Part shown: piece by piece, positions 28,127 to 38,900 of the stretch | How the letters are laid out: every line of letters begins with the position of its first letter | How positions within the stretch are numbered: position 1 is the first letter of the stretch | DNA from: Candidatus Multivoradales bacterium | Lineage (GTDB): Bacteria; Acidobacteriota; Thermoanaerobaculia; Multivoradales; J023 | Assembly (NCBI GenBank): GCA_965248925.1 | Contig: CBDFLE010000005.1 | Location: forward strand, 896,001 to 960,000 | Reading direction: 5' to 3' | DNA length: 64,000 nucleotides | Position numbers and translations under genes: made by a program | The notes under the pieces: model-generated | Database searches by the model: none | The model's input: the letters and a program-made list of their open reading frames with translations, nothing else | Told to the model about the DNA's origin: nothing

Positions 28127-31100
28127 CAGGGCCCCTCGACCGCCGCCGAGCCGCCGGTACGACGCCCAGATTTACGACATGACGGGCCGTTTTCTCGCAC
28201 CCCCTTATATGCGTTTTTTGCCGAAACCCCACGATTTCCGGCCGAAGTCGTTGATTCTGCTTGGGAAACTGCACCCCGACCACCCCCCGACACCCCCCCG
28301 ACTTGGGGCCGACTTGGCCCCGACTTCTCAGCTTCAGACCCCGACTTCTTTTCGTCGTACCTGAGTGTTTCGACCTCGATCAGCCCCGGCAGTCGCGGCC
28401 GCTCCGGTTCGTCGCTGGCCACGTAAACCAGCTCGTAGACAAAGCTCTGCCCCCGCCCGCCCTGATGCACCAGCAGATACTCAAACTCCTCAAGACGGCG
28501 TAGGTGCAGCTTCAGCTGCGTATTGCCCCAGCCGGTGTGCTCGCGCACCGCCCGCCGGCTGAAACGGTAGTCCGGCCGATCCATCGCCAGCGCCTCACAG
28601 GCTTCGCTGACCATCTCGTCGATCAGCCCCAGCAGGCGCCGCGTCTGCGGCGGCAGCTCATCGAGCGAGCGCCCCAAGACTTCGTGCGCCAGGCGGTTGG
28701 CTGTCTCGATGTCTGTGGCCACCACTTCGACGTACTCCACCTCTCGCCCGTCGACCACCGCCAGCTTCACCTCTCGCTGGTATTGATGCAAAAGAGCAAT
28801 CACGTCGATCAGCGTCAGGTACTTCTCGTGGTCCCGGCGGGTGCGGATTTGCGTATCGAGAAAGGTAAGTTCCGGAGCAAAGGGATTGACCACCGCCAGC
28901 GGCCGCAGCAGCCGCTGCGCGTTCTGGTGCAGCGCCATCACCCCGTCGCGCCGGGTGCGCGAGAGTAGCCCCTCCAGCGTCCGCCGCTGCCGCTGCAGCC
29001 GGTGAATCGCCCGCGTCTGCTCTCGCGCCTCGTCCACCGAGAGCACCAAGCAGCGATTCAAAAGCTCTTCATCGATGTCGATTGCCGTGGTCGTCAAGAA
29101 GATCATCACCGGCCCTTCGACGTGGTACTCGTGCGTCACCAGCTTGCCCGTTGAAGCATCCTTGCCGGTCGAGGCAATCGTCAGCTCGCCCTCCGACTGA
29201 AGCAGCTTCAAGGCGTAGCTAGCCCGCTCGGCCCCCTCCTCCTCGACGATCGCCAGGATCTTGTGCTGCAGATCCGTTTCGCCCATGTAGAACAGCGATT
29301 GCCCGGTCATCGCCGAGTACTTCACTTGCTGCTCACCTGGCATCAGCGACAGCACCGCCTCCATCAGCGCCGACTTGCCGGCCGCCGAGCTCGACTGCAC
29401 CACCACCGCCAAAGGCCGATCCAGAAAGCGCGAGGTGGCCGCCATATAGCCCATGAGCTTGTTGGTTTCCTCGCCCACCACCCCGCAGCGCTCGAAGTCC
29501 GCGAGGATGCGCACCAAGAGATCTGGTGAGCGCAGCAGCTCAAGCGCCGCTTCCTTCTCTCCCTCTGACAGCTCCACCGCCGTCGACTGCGGCTCGAGTG
29601 CTGAGCGGATCTGCTCGTCCTGCAGCTCCTCGAGCTTCAGCAGCACCTTGCCCAGATCCTTCTTGACCACCTTCTCATCGACCCCCAGTTCAGCGGCTGC
29701 CGCCCGCTGAAACACCGCGCGCGGCCGCGCAGCGTAGAGATCGAAGGTATCGACGTGGAAGGCGTCGCCGCGCGACGCCAAAACATTGACCTTGAGCACG
29801 TCGTAAGCCAGGTTCTTCGGCAGACCGCGAATCCTGTAGCGACGATCGCCCAGCGACAGCACCACCTCCTGATCGCGCACTTCCGCCGGCATATCTGGCG
29901 GAGGCGGGGCGGGCAATGGGGAGGCTTCGGCCGGGGCGACCGGCGCCAATACCGCCTCTGCGGCGGTATTAGGCCGTGTCGATTGCTCTGCCGGCGGTGC
30001 CAATGAGCCCACTATGGGCTCGTTGCCCAGTTTCACGTCGGGCGCCTTGCCTTTCCCGAGCCACTGTGCTTTGCGGATCACCACCCCCAGCGACTTCGCG
30101 GCTGGCGTCACCTTCAGCGCATATTCGTTGGCGTCCATGCCGCGCGGAAAGTGAATGCGATAGGCGTCGATCCCGGCACCCACCAGCTTCTCGGCCAGCT
30201 TCCCGGCGGCCTTCTCGCCGGCATCGTCCCGGTCGTAGGCGATCAGCACCCGCTCGACTCCGTGGCCACCGAAGGCTGCCAGCATCTCCGCGGTGAAACC
30301 CTGGATGCCGTAGGCGCTGGTGACGTTGCGGTAGCCCGCGCACCAGAAGGTCAGAGCGTCGATCAGCGACTCGCAAAGGATGATCTCGGTCGAGGCCACC
30401 AGAGCTTCCGCATTGAAGATCCCTCGATGCGGACCCGGCAGATAGAGATGCAAGGGTGTCCCCTTGCGAAGATTCAGTGTGATCTTTCGGCCGTAGATCT
30501 CCACCACCTGGCCTGTTGAATCGAAGACCGGAAAGACGATCGAGCCATTGAAGTGCTCATGACCCGACTTGCGCAGCACGCCGAGCTTCTGCAATCGACC
30601 CCGCATCTCCTTACCCGCCTTCAGCTGCTTCGATGGCAGTCGATAGCCCAGCGTCCGGTTGGCGAAGCCAAGCCTGAAATGCTCGATCATCTCCGGGTGC
30701 TTCAGCCCTCTGCTCTCCAGATAAGCCAGCGCCTCCGGGCTCTCCTTCAAAGCCTCGTGGTAGTAGCCGACGACCTGACCGAGTAGCTCCGCGTCCTCTG
30801 CTTCCGCCACCACCGGCGAAGGCAGGGCCGGCGCCGAAGGCAACGCCTCTGCGACCGCCTCCGCCGGCAGATCCGAGCGCAGCAGCTCGACCGCGTGGCG
30901 AAACGAAACCCCGCGATCTCGCATCACCCAATCGATCACCGACCCGCCCGCCTGGCAGGCGCCCAGGCAATGCCACAGATTCTTCTTCGGCGAGATCACC
31001 AGCGACGGCTCGCGGTCGTCGTGAAACGGGCAGAGCCCCAGCAGGTCCGCCCCGTGGCGTTTCAGTTTCACCCCACGGGCCAGGGCCAGGCGCTCCACCG

Positions 31101-31149
31101 ATACTTCTCGCTTTAGTCGCTCTACCTCGGCTTCTGGAATCCTGCTCAC
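28126..31149 (-). CDS. DnaG-like primase (CHC2 Zn finger + TOPRIM) fused to a P-loop NTPase/helicase-like domain, unit B1
   Basis: CPFHDD...WHCLGAC; CESLIDAL...YDRDDAG; SSSAAGKS (Walker A-like), LAIVEEE (Walker B-like), EELLNR. Start reassigned to GTG 31149 (GTGA overlap). Confidence 0.9.
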   Translation of the reverse strand: MSRIPEAEVERLKREVSVERLALARGVKLKRHGADLLGLCPFHDDREPSLVISPKKNLWHCLGACQAGGSVIDWVMRDRGVSFRHAVELLRSDLPAEAVAEALPSAPALPSPVVAEAEDAELLGQVVGYYHEALKESPEALAYLESRGLKHPEMIEHFRLGFANRTLGYRLPSKQLKAGKEMRGRLQKLGVLRKSGHEHFNGSIVFPVFDSTGQVVEIYGRKITLNLRKGTPLHLYLPGPHRGIFNAEALVASTEIILCESLIDALTFWCAGYRNVTSAYGIQGFTAEMLAAFGGHGVERVLIAYDRDDAGEKAAGKLAEKLVGAGIDAYRIHFPRGMDANEYALKVTPAAKSLGVVIRKAQWLGKGKAPDVKLGNEPIVGSLAPPAEQSTRPNTAAEAVLAPVAPAEASPLPAPPPPDMPAEVRDQEVVLSLGDRRYRIRGLPKNLAYDVLKVNVLASRGDAFHVDTFDLYAARPRAVFQRAAAAELGVDEKVVKKDLGKVLLKLEELQDEQIRSALEPQSTAVELSEGEKEAALELLRSPDLLVRILADFERCGVVGEETNKLMGYMAATSRFLDRPLAVVVQSSSAAGKSALMEAVLSLMPGEQQVKYSAMTGQSLFYMGETDLQHKILAIVEEEGAERASYALKLLQSEGELTIASTGKDASTGKLVTHEYHVEGPVMIFLTTTAIDIDEELLNRCLVLSVDEAREQTRAIHRLQRQRRTLEGLLSRTRRDGVMALHQNAQRLLRPLAVVNPFAPELTFLDTQIRTRRDHEKYLTLIDVIALLHQYQREVKLAVVDGREVEYVEVVATDIETANRLAHEVLGRSLDELPPQTRRLLGLIDEMVSEACEALAMDRPDYRFSRRAVREHTGWGNTQLKLHLRRLEEFEYLLVHQGGRGQSFVYELVYVASDEPERPRLPGLIEVETLRYDEKKSGSEAEKSGPSRPQVGGVSGGGRGAVSQAESTTSAGNRGVSAKNAYKGVRENGPSCRKSGRRTGGSAAVEGP

Positions 31150-31370
31150 TGTGCCGCCCCCGACTCCACCGGAGTAAGCACCAAACGATCCTGCTCGACC
31201 TCCACCCGCAGCCTCTCCCCGCAGCGAAACCCCGCCGCTTCTAGCCAAGCACCCCGCATCCGCACAAACGGCACAAGCCGCACCGAGCACGGGCCGTTGA
31301 CGTAGTGCGGCGCACGGGGCTCGTGCAGGGTAGAGATCGTCAGATATCGCTCAGCTCTCGGCTCAGACAC
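31146..31370 (-). CDS. SymE-like (AbrB-fold) small protein 2, allele B
   Basis: VPFVRMRGAWLEAAGFRCGERLRVEVEQDRLVL. Confidence 0.85.
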   Translation of the reverse strand: MSEPRAERYLTISTLHEPRAPHYVNGPCSVRLVPFVRMRGAWLEAAGFRCGERLRVEVEQDRLVLTPVESGAAQ

Positions 31371-31659
31371 AGGCCACTCCCGCCAGGCGACCCGCCGAGA
31401 CCTCCTCGATCCGGCCGATCTGATCCGCCGGCACCCACACCACCGGCTGCATTTCCCTCTCCTCCTCGCCCTCTTCCACCCGCGTCACCACCAAACGCCC
31501 GTCACCCACGACGTCCACCCGCACCTGGGCTCCAGGATAGAAGCCGGCGTCGCGCATCCACAGCCCCGCCAGCTGCAGCAGCGGTAGCTGCGCGGACTTG
31601 GGGAAGGCGTGCCAACCGTGGCGGTACAGGGCGGAGATGGTTAGCTTGTGCTCGGTCAT
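31363..31659 (-). CDS. SymE-like small protein 1, allele B
   Basis: LPLLQLAGLWMRDAGFYPGAQVRVDV; GGAGG ribosome-binding site. Confidence 0.8.
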   Translation of the reverse strand: MTEHKLTISALYRHGWHAFPKSAQLPLLQLAGLWMRDAGFYPGAQVRVDVVGDGRLVVTRVEEGEEEREMQPVVWVPADQIGRIEEVSAGRLAGVACV

Positions 31660-31828
31660 CGGTCTGCCTCCAAATTTCTTCAGTTAACTCAGATGCAACT
31701 CATCTGTGCTCTACAGTACCAATCGGTTGCATTGGTGTCAAGCCTGCAATGTCTTGACGCATACCTTCGGGTTGCCTAGAATTAACTCAGGACGGAAAAA
31801 GGCGTACAAGAAAGGACTGGAAGGTTCT
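31660..31828. promoter_or_regulatory. Divergent symE/xre control region with operator-like inverted repeats
   Basis: AT-richer segment containing CAGATG-caact-CATCTG (31690..31706) and ACCAAT-cggttgc-ATTGGT (31718..31736). Confidence 0.55.
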
Positions 31829-32200
31829 ATGAGCCAAGAAAGCGGCACGATCAAGACACGGTTCGGCAAGCGAGTTCTTGAGCTACGCAAGACTCGCAGC
31901 TGGAAGCAAGACGAGCTTGGCAAAAAGCTCGGCACTTCGGGCGTCGTCATCGGGCGCTACGAGCGAGGCGAGGTGATGCCGTCGATCAAGGTGGCTCAGA
32001 AGATGGCCGAAGTCTTTGGTGTGACGCTCGACTATTTGGTGGGTGAGCAGGAGGTTCCCAATCTGCTCACCCAAAGCGAAATGGTCGAACGGTGGATGAC
32101 TCTCGACGCTTTGGCGACGAGCGACCGGGACCGTATCCTCTACGTCGTCGACTCGCTCATTAGGGAAGCCAAGACCCGCCAGGCTTTCGGCGCCTCTTGA
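31829..32200 (+). CDS. XRE-family HTH regulator (allele B)
   Basis: ELRKTRSWKQDELGKKLGTSGVVIGRYERGEVMPS; start at MSQES. Confidence 0.9.
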   Translation: MSQESGTIKTRFGKRVLELRKTRSWKQDELGKKLGTSGVVIGRYERGEVMPSIKVAQKMAEVFGVTLDYLVGEQEVPNLLTQSEMVERWMTLDALATSDRDRILYVVDSLIREAKTRQAFGAS

Positions 32201-32499
32201 TCCAATATAGACGGAAACCCGGCTCTCACCGGGCTCGATTAATACAGCTCGCTGATTTCAGTTGGCTTGCGGCGAAACGCCTTCTGGCACCTCCGCAGCA
32301 GGCCGATGGACTCATCCGAGACGCACGTACCCGGCAGTCCTACGCCGCTACTTGAGCCCAGATGCACGAAAGCCCGGCATCAGCCGGACTTTCTGCGAAA
32401 CGGTTGGCACCTGGCCGCTCAGTGAGTCGAAGCTTCGTAAACCCAAGCCTTCTTGCTTCGGCTTTGAGAGCCATCATCGGCCTCAGCCCAGGTAGAACC

Positions 32500-32937
32500 T
32501 CAAGGCAACTCAGCAGCCTGAGCAGACTCTGATGAAGATCGAACAAAGAGCTGGATATACGACCCTACGCTTCCTGAATCCTCATCGAGGGTATTCGGAT
32601 CGAACTCGACCCCTGATCTGACGAGCATCTCTTCGAGGTCTTCGAGCAGATGCGAATGAGCCATGTACAGATCTACAGAAAGATCTAGGTGCCCCTTGAG
32701 TTCCTCAAACCTCATATTTGGGGAAAGCTTGTTCTCTGGAATACCTAGCTCGTGGGCTACAAACCTTCTTCCGTCTAGGATCTTGCTAGAGCTACTTGCC
32801 ACGAGCCTAGGTGGAAAGTGAGAGAGAAAGTCATTCTTGTCAATCGCTGGCAGTCGTTTGATACGAGAGCGCTTCAATCCCCTGCTGGCAATCCAGTAGA
32901 GCGCCATTGCCAAAAGAATCCACCACCACAAATCCAT
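32500..32937 (-). CDS. Putative immunity protein B with N-terminal transmembrane helix
   Basis: Directly downstream of toxin B; GGAGG RBS; MDLWWWILLAMALYWIA; lower GC. Confidence 0.75.
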   Translation of the reverse strand: MDLWWWILLAMALYWIASRGLKRSRIKRLPAIDKNDFLSHFPPRLVASSSSKILDGRRFVAHELGIPENKLSPNMRFEELKGHLDLSVDLYMAHSHLLEDLEEMLVRSGVEFDPNTLDEDSGSVGSYIQLFVRSSSESAQAAELP

Positions 32938-32959
32938 TTTTATAGCCTCCCGGTTTCAG

Positions 32960-34015
32960 CTAGAAAGCGCAGTTTGCCAGAGTTCCGATGTTGTAGTAGC
33001 CAACGAACACGGTAGCTGGCGTGGCAACAAACGACACGGCCCGGCCCCCGGCGCGGACAGCGCCCGAGGCCGATCTTGCTACCGCGGAGTTTGGGAAAGC
33101 CCTCTTAAGGGGAGATCCGACAAGTGCTCTTCCTGGGTTAGTCAAGGGGTCTGTTGCTTTCGGGACCCTGAAAGGCGGCAGTAAACGCTTCGGAAAAGCT
33201 GAACCGAAAACTACCGCACCGGCATTGATCCTATTCTTCCGCACGCACCGTGAATAGTCTACGCCGTCAATAGGCAAGCTAGCCAGAGCGCGATCATGTA
33301 ACGCAAGCGGTGCCGGGTCAGGGCGACTGGATACTTCAATGAAAGCCAAGAGGGTAGGGAAAACATCTACCGAGGATTCTCCATCGCCACCCTCGGCGCT
33401 GTCGACTACGTCAATCCGCTCGCCACAGATCACAGTCTGCGAACCGTCTTCGCTGGTTTGAGTAACGCACTCCGGGTCAAGACCATCCGGGTCGACCAGG
33501 TTTAGAGGGTTGTTCACTACATAAGAGTAGCGATTCCAAGATTGTGGGATTGGCGCAGTTCCGTTTACTGGATCAATACTCAAGAACCTCCCCACCACCG
33601 GACTGCAATGCCGAGCGTGCATGTAGTCCAGCTCGCTACGGCTGCCTGTGCCGGTCTTATCCCTCTCATGGCCGGTAAACTTCAGCCCAATCTCATCAGC
33701 ACCAGCGTTAGTCGCCTCTTGACCGAACGGGTAATAGTTGTGCAACGCCACCTGCTGACCACCTCGGGTGAAGGGGACAGCCCGACGCGGTTTCCAGCTT
33801 GAGAGCTGGTAACCCTCTATGCCTGTTCTACTTAAGCCTCGCTCGGCCCTACTGCCGGCGGGGTCTTGGTGCTCGAAGGTCCAGAGGCGAGTTTCGGCGT
33901 AGCTCGACTCGGAGATCGGCGCGATCGCTGTTGCCGGCATCGTCACCGCCAGGAGCGCGACGACCAGCCCGAGCGCCATCGTCCAAGTGCTTCTTCCTTT
34001 AGCTGCCTGCCTCAT
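32960..34015 (-). CDS. Mini-Rhs toxin B
   Basis: Same leader; Rhs core ending NNPLNLVDPDG; unique tip with a hydrophobic C-terminus. Confidence 0.85.
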   Translation of the reverse strand: MRQAAKGRSTWTMALGLVVALLAVTMPATAIAPISESSYAETRLWTFEHQDPAGSRAERGLSRTGIEGYQLSSWKPRRAVPFTRGGQQVALHNYYPFGQEATNAGADEIGLKFTGHERDKTGTGSRSELDYMHARHCSPVVGRFLSIDPVNGTAPIPQSWNRYSYVVNNPLNLVDPDGLDPECVTQTSEDGSQTVICGERIDVVDSAEGGDGESSVDVFPTLLAFIEVSSRPDPAPLALHDRALASLPIDGVDYSRCVRKNRINAGAVVFGSAFPKRLLPPFRVPKATDPLTNPGRALVGSPLKRAFPNSAVARSASGAVRAGGRAVSFVATPATVFVGYYNIGTLANCAF

Positions 34016-34906
34016 GCCGGGCCATTCTACGCCGCGGGTGGCGCTCGAAGACAGCGGCTAAAGGAGGAAGGGTGGTTGGTGCGGAGGCGGGATGCGGTTT
34101 TCTTAGGCCGCTTTCTTCGGGCAGTGGGTGTTTTCTTAGGTCGTTTTCGTCGGGCTGGTCGTCGGAGCGAGCGCGGGTCTTTCCGGCAGTTTGGTGCCGG
34201 CGGCGCAGCCGCCAAACCAATCTGCACGTTGGGGGCGTGGTGGCGGCGGGGCCGGAGCCGAGCACGGCGACCGCAGGGCGCCGCGCGCAGGGTACGGAGG
34301 CCACGACGCAGGGCGGGTCTTGGGAGGAGGATGGGGAGCCCCCTTGAGGGGGCGGACGGGGCCGGGCCGAGCCGTCGCAGTGCTGGCTGGTGGATCTCGG
34401 CAAGGAGGCCCGGAGCGGGGCGTGGTTCCGAAGCCGCTGACCATCGCAGGCTCGCGGAGTGCTCACCCCAAGTTTCCATAATGCACGCGTTATGGAAAGG
34501 CCGTAGGCCCGGAGCCGGGGCGTGTGAGGGCCAGGTCGGATAGGGCGCGCACTATCGGACAGCGACCCATGCAAGCCGCGTGACACCTGGGAGGTCCGAG
34601 GAGGGGCCCAGGTGGCGCGCGGCTTGCGGAGCGGCTGGCCCGTGCCCGGAGGGAGCGCAGCGACCGGAGGGACACACGCCCCGGCGGAGCTTGGGGCGAG
34701 CTTTCGGAGACTCTTTTCTTGGACTACCTGAAGCCTCGCTCCGGGCCGGTGATCGGAGGGCTCAGGTGGTGGATCGCAGATGCTCGGGCCGGGGCGGGCA
34801 GGGGTGACAAAACAAACACCGCCGAGGGCTGCGTGGCCCGCGAGCGGAGGACGGCGCAGCCGGCCGCAGCGCGGGACCCGCAGACCCGGACCGCTTCGGG
34901 CGGGGG

Positions 34907-35980
34907 TCAGTCCTCCGCCTCGGTCTCGACTACATCGAGTAAGTCCTCGGCGGTCACTTCATCGCTGCCGTCTTCTTCTGTCGGCGGTGCCACCCGCCGC
35001 CCTAGCTTCGCGCCCGGATGGGTTGCCGAGTGGATCGACTTCAGTTTGCGGATCGATACCTGAGTGTAAATCTGCGTCGTCTCCAGCTTGGCATGGCCGA
35101 GCATCTGCTGAATGAAGCGGATATCCGCACCACCTTCGAGCATCAGCGTCGCCATCGTGTGGCGGAAGAGATGGCAAGCGCCCGACTTGCCGAGATCGGC
35201 GGCGAGCACGTAGCCGCGCACCAGCTGACTCATTCGCGACGGAGCAAACGGCGTCCCCTGGTTGGTGAGAAAGAGCGTCCCGCCGTCCGGCTCGACCATC
35301 AGCGACGGCCGTACCTCAGTGACGTAGCGATCGATCCAGGCCAGCGCCCGCTCGCCGATCGGGATCATCCAGTCTTTCCGCCCCTTGCCCTGGCGCACCA
35401 TCACCGTTCCGCGTTCGATGTCGAGATCGTAACGGCCGAGGCCGATCAGCTCAGCCCGGCGCATGCCGGTCGAGTAGAAGACTTCAAGGATCGTCCGGTC
35501 GCGCATCCCGAGTGGGTCGGCGGTGTCGGGCTGGTTGAGCACCTGGTCGGCTTCCGAGGCGGTCAGCACCGCCGCCGGCAACCGGTGCTCCAGCTTCGGC
35601 AGCTCCAGCTCCGAGGCCGGGTTGTAGAGCAGGTGGTTGGCCCGAGTCGCCCACTTGAAGAAAGCCCGCACCGGCACCAGCCGCGAGTGCTGCGCCCGGA
35701 AAGACAGCGGCCGCCCGTCCCCAGGCTTGCGGTAGTGGTAGAGCCACCTGGCGTAGCGCTCCAGGATCGGCTTGGTCACTTCCGACGGCCGCGACACCCC
35801 ACGCTCTTCACACCATGCGATGAGAAACGAGAGGTATAGATGCCGGTTCTCAACGGTTCGTGGAGAGTAGTTCTTGATCGCCATCCACTCCAGGTACTGA
35901 CCCGCCATCACCGCGAAGCCCCGAGGGTCGGTTGGATTGCCCGGCAAGAGGCGGATCTTGCGCTCGCCACGGCGCGGCAT
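34907..35980 (-). CDS. Tyrosine recombinase, unit B2
   Basis: Protein identical to 27053..28126. Confidence 0.95.
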   Translation of the reverse strand: MPRRGERKIRLLPGNPTDPRGFAVMAGQYLEWMAIKNYSPRTVENRHLYLSFLIAWCEERGVSRPSEVTKPILERYARWLYHYRKPGDGRPLSFRAQHSRLVPVRAFFKWATRANHLLYNPASELELPKLEHRLPAAVLTASEADQVLNQPDTADPLGMRDRTILEVFYSTGMRRAELIGLGRYDLDIERGTVMVRQGKGRKDWMIPIGERALAWIDRYVTEVRPSLMVEPDGGTLFLTNQGTPFAPSRMSQLVRGYVLAADLGKSGACHLFRHTMATLMLEGGADIRFIQQMLGHAKLETTQIYTQVSIRKLKSIHSATHPGAKLGRRVAPPTEEDGSDEVTAEDLLDVVETEAED

Positions 35981-38900
35981 CAGGGCCCCTCGACCGCCGC
36001 CGAGCCGCCGGTACGACGCCCAGATTTACGACATGACGGGCCGTTTTCTCGCACCCCCTTATATGCGTTTTTTGCCGAAACCCCACGATTTCCGGCCGAA
36101 GTCGTTGATTCTGCTTGGGAAACTGCACCCCGACCACCCCCCGACACCCCCCCGACTTGGGGCCGACTTGGCCCCGACTTCTCAGCTTCAGACCCCGACT
36201 TCTTTTCGTCGTACCTGAGTGTTTCGACCTCGATCAGCCCCGGCAGTCGCGGCCGCTCCGGTTCGTCGCTGGCCACGTAAACCAGCTCGTAGACAAAGCT
36301 CTGCCCCCGCCCGCCCTGATGCACCAGCAGATACTCAAACTCCTCAAGACGGCGTAGGTGCAGCTTCAGCTGCGTATTGCCCCAGCCGGTGTGCTCGCGC
36401 ACCGCCCGCCGGCTGAAACGGTAGTCCGGCCGATCCATCGCCAGCGCCTCACAGGCTTCGCTGACCATCTCGTCGATCAGCCCCAGCAGGCGCCGCGTCT
36501 GCGGCGGCAGCTCATCGAGCGAGCGCCCCAAGACTTCGTGCGCCAGGCGGTTGGCTGTCTCGATGTCTGTGGCCACCACTTCGACGTACTCCACCTCTCG
36601 CCCGTCGACCACCGCCAGCTTCACCTCTCGCTGGTATTGATGCAAAAGAGCAATCACGTCGATCAGCGTCAGGTACTTCTCGTGGTCCCGGCGGGTGCGG
36701 ATTTGCGTATCGAGAAAGGTAAGTTCCGGAGCAAAGGGATTGACCACCGCCAGCGGCCGCAGCAGCCGCTGCGCGTTCTGGTGCAGCGCCATCACCCCGT
36801 CGCGCCGGGTGCGCGAGAGTAGCCCCTCCAGCGTCCGCCGCTGCCGCTGCAGCCGGTGAATCGCCCGCGTCTGCTCTCGCGCCTCGTCCACCGAGAGCAC
36901 CAAGCAGCGATTCAAAAGCTCTTCATCGATGTCGATTGCCGTGGTCGTCAAGAAGATCATCACCGGCCCTTCGACGTGGTACTCGTGCGTCACCAGCTTG
37001 CCCGTTGAAGCATCCTTGCCGGTCGAGGCAATCGTCAGCTCGCCCTCCGACTGAAGCAGCTTCAAGGCGTAGCTAGCCCGCTCGGCCCCCTCCTCCTCGA
37101 CGATCGCCAGGATCTTGTGCTGCAGATCCGTTTCGCCCATGTAGAACAGCGATTGCCCGGTCATCGCCGAGTACTTCACTTGCTGCTCACCTGGCATCAG
37201 CGACAGCACCGCCTCCATCAGCGCCGACTTGCCGGCCGCCGAGCTCGACTGCACCACCACCGCCAAAGGCCGATCCAGAAAGCGCGAGGTGGCCGCCATA
37301 TAGCCCATGAGCTTGTTGGTTTCCTCGCCCACCACCCCGCAGCGCTCGAAGTCCGCGAGGATGCGCACCAAGAGATCTGGTGAGCGCAGCAGCTCAAGCG
37401 CCGCTTCCTTCTCTCCCTCTGACAGCTCCACCGCCGTCGACTGCGGCTCGAGTGCTGAGCGGATCTGCTCGTCCTGCAGCTCCTCGAGCTTCAGCAGCAC
37501 CTTGCCCAGATCCTTCTTGACCACCTTCTCATCGACCCCCAGTTCAGCGGCTGCCGCCCGCTGAAACACCGCGCGCGGCCGCGCAGCGTAGAGATCGAAG
37601 GTATCGACGTGGAAGGCGTCGCCGCGCGACGCCAAAACATTGACCTTGAGCACGTCGTAAGCCAGGTTCTTCGGCAGACCGCGAATCCTGTAGCGACGAT
37701 CGCCCAGCGACAGCACCACCTCCTGATCGCGCACTTCCGCCGGCATATCTGGCGGAGGCGGGGCGGGCAATGGGGAGGCTTCGGCCGGGGCGACCGGCGC
37801 CAATACCGCCTCTGCGGCGGTATTAGGCCGTGTCGATTGCTCTGCCGGCGGTGCCAATGAGCCCACTATGGGCTCGTTGCCCAGTTTCACGTCGGGCGCC
37901 TTGCCTTTCCCGAGCCACTGTGCTTTGCGGATCACCACCCCCAGCGACTTCGCGGCTGGCGTCACCTTCAGCGCATATTCGTTGGCGTCCATGCCGCGCG
38001 GAAAGTGAATGCGATAGGCGTCGATCCCGGCACCCACCAGCTTCTCGGCCAGCTTCCCGGCGGCCTTCTCGCCGGCATCGTCCCGGTCGTAGGCGATCAG
38101 CACCCGCTCGACTCCGTGGCCACCGAAGGCTGCCAGCATCTCCGCGGTGAAACCCTGGATGCCGTAGGCGCTGGTGACGTTGCGGTAGCCCGCGCACCAG
38201 AAGGTCAGAGCGTCGATCAGCGACTCGCAAAGGATGATCTCGGTCGAGGCCACCAGAGCTTCCGCATTGAAGATCCCTCGATGCGGACCCGGCAGATAGA
38301 GATGCAAGGGTGTCCCCTTGCGAAGATTCAGTGTGATCTTTCGGCCGTAGATCTCCACCACCTGGCCTGTTGAATCGAAGACCGGAAAGACGATCGAGCC
38401 ATTGAAGTGCTCATGACCCGACTTGCGCAGCACGCCGAGCTTCTGCAATCGACCCCGCATCTCCTTACCCGCCTTCAGCTGCTTCGATGGCAGTCGATAG
38501 CCCAGCGTCCGGTTGGCGAAGCCAAGCCTGAAATGCTCGATCATCTCCGGGTGCTTCAGCCCTCTGCTCTCCAGATAAGCCAGCGCCTCCGGGCTCTCCT
38601 TCAAAGCCTCGTGGTAGTAGCCGACGACCTGACCGAGTAGCTCCGCGTCCTCTGCTTCCGCCACCACCGGCGAAGGCAGGGCCGGCGCCGAAGGCAACGC
38701 CTCTGCGACCGCCTCCGCCGGCAGATCCGAGCGCAGCAGCTCGACCGCGTGGCGAAACGAAACCCCGCGATCTCGCATCACCCAATCGATCACCGACCCG
38801 CCCGCCTGGCAGGCGCCCAGGCAATGCCACAGATTCTTCTTCGGCGAGATCACCAGCGACGGCTCGCGGTCGTCGTGAAACGGGCAGAGCCCCAGCAGGT

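Noticed and set aside
31150-31290. N-terminal extension of the primase in the ORF track
   Set aside because: It overlaps symE2 and is not conserved in C units; the GTG at VSRIPEAE is common to both types.
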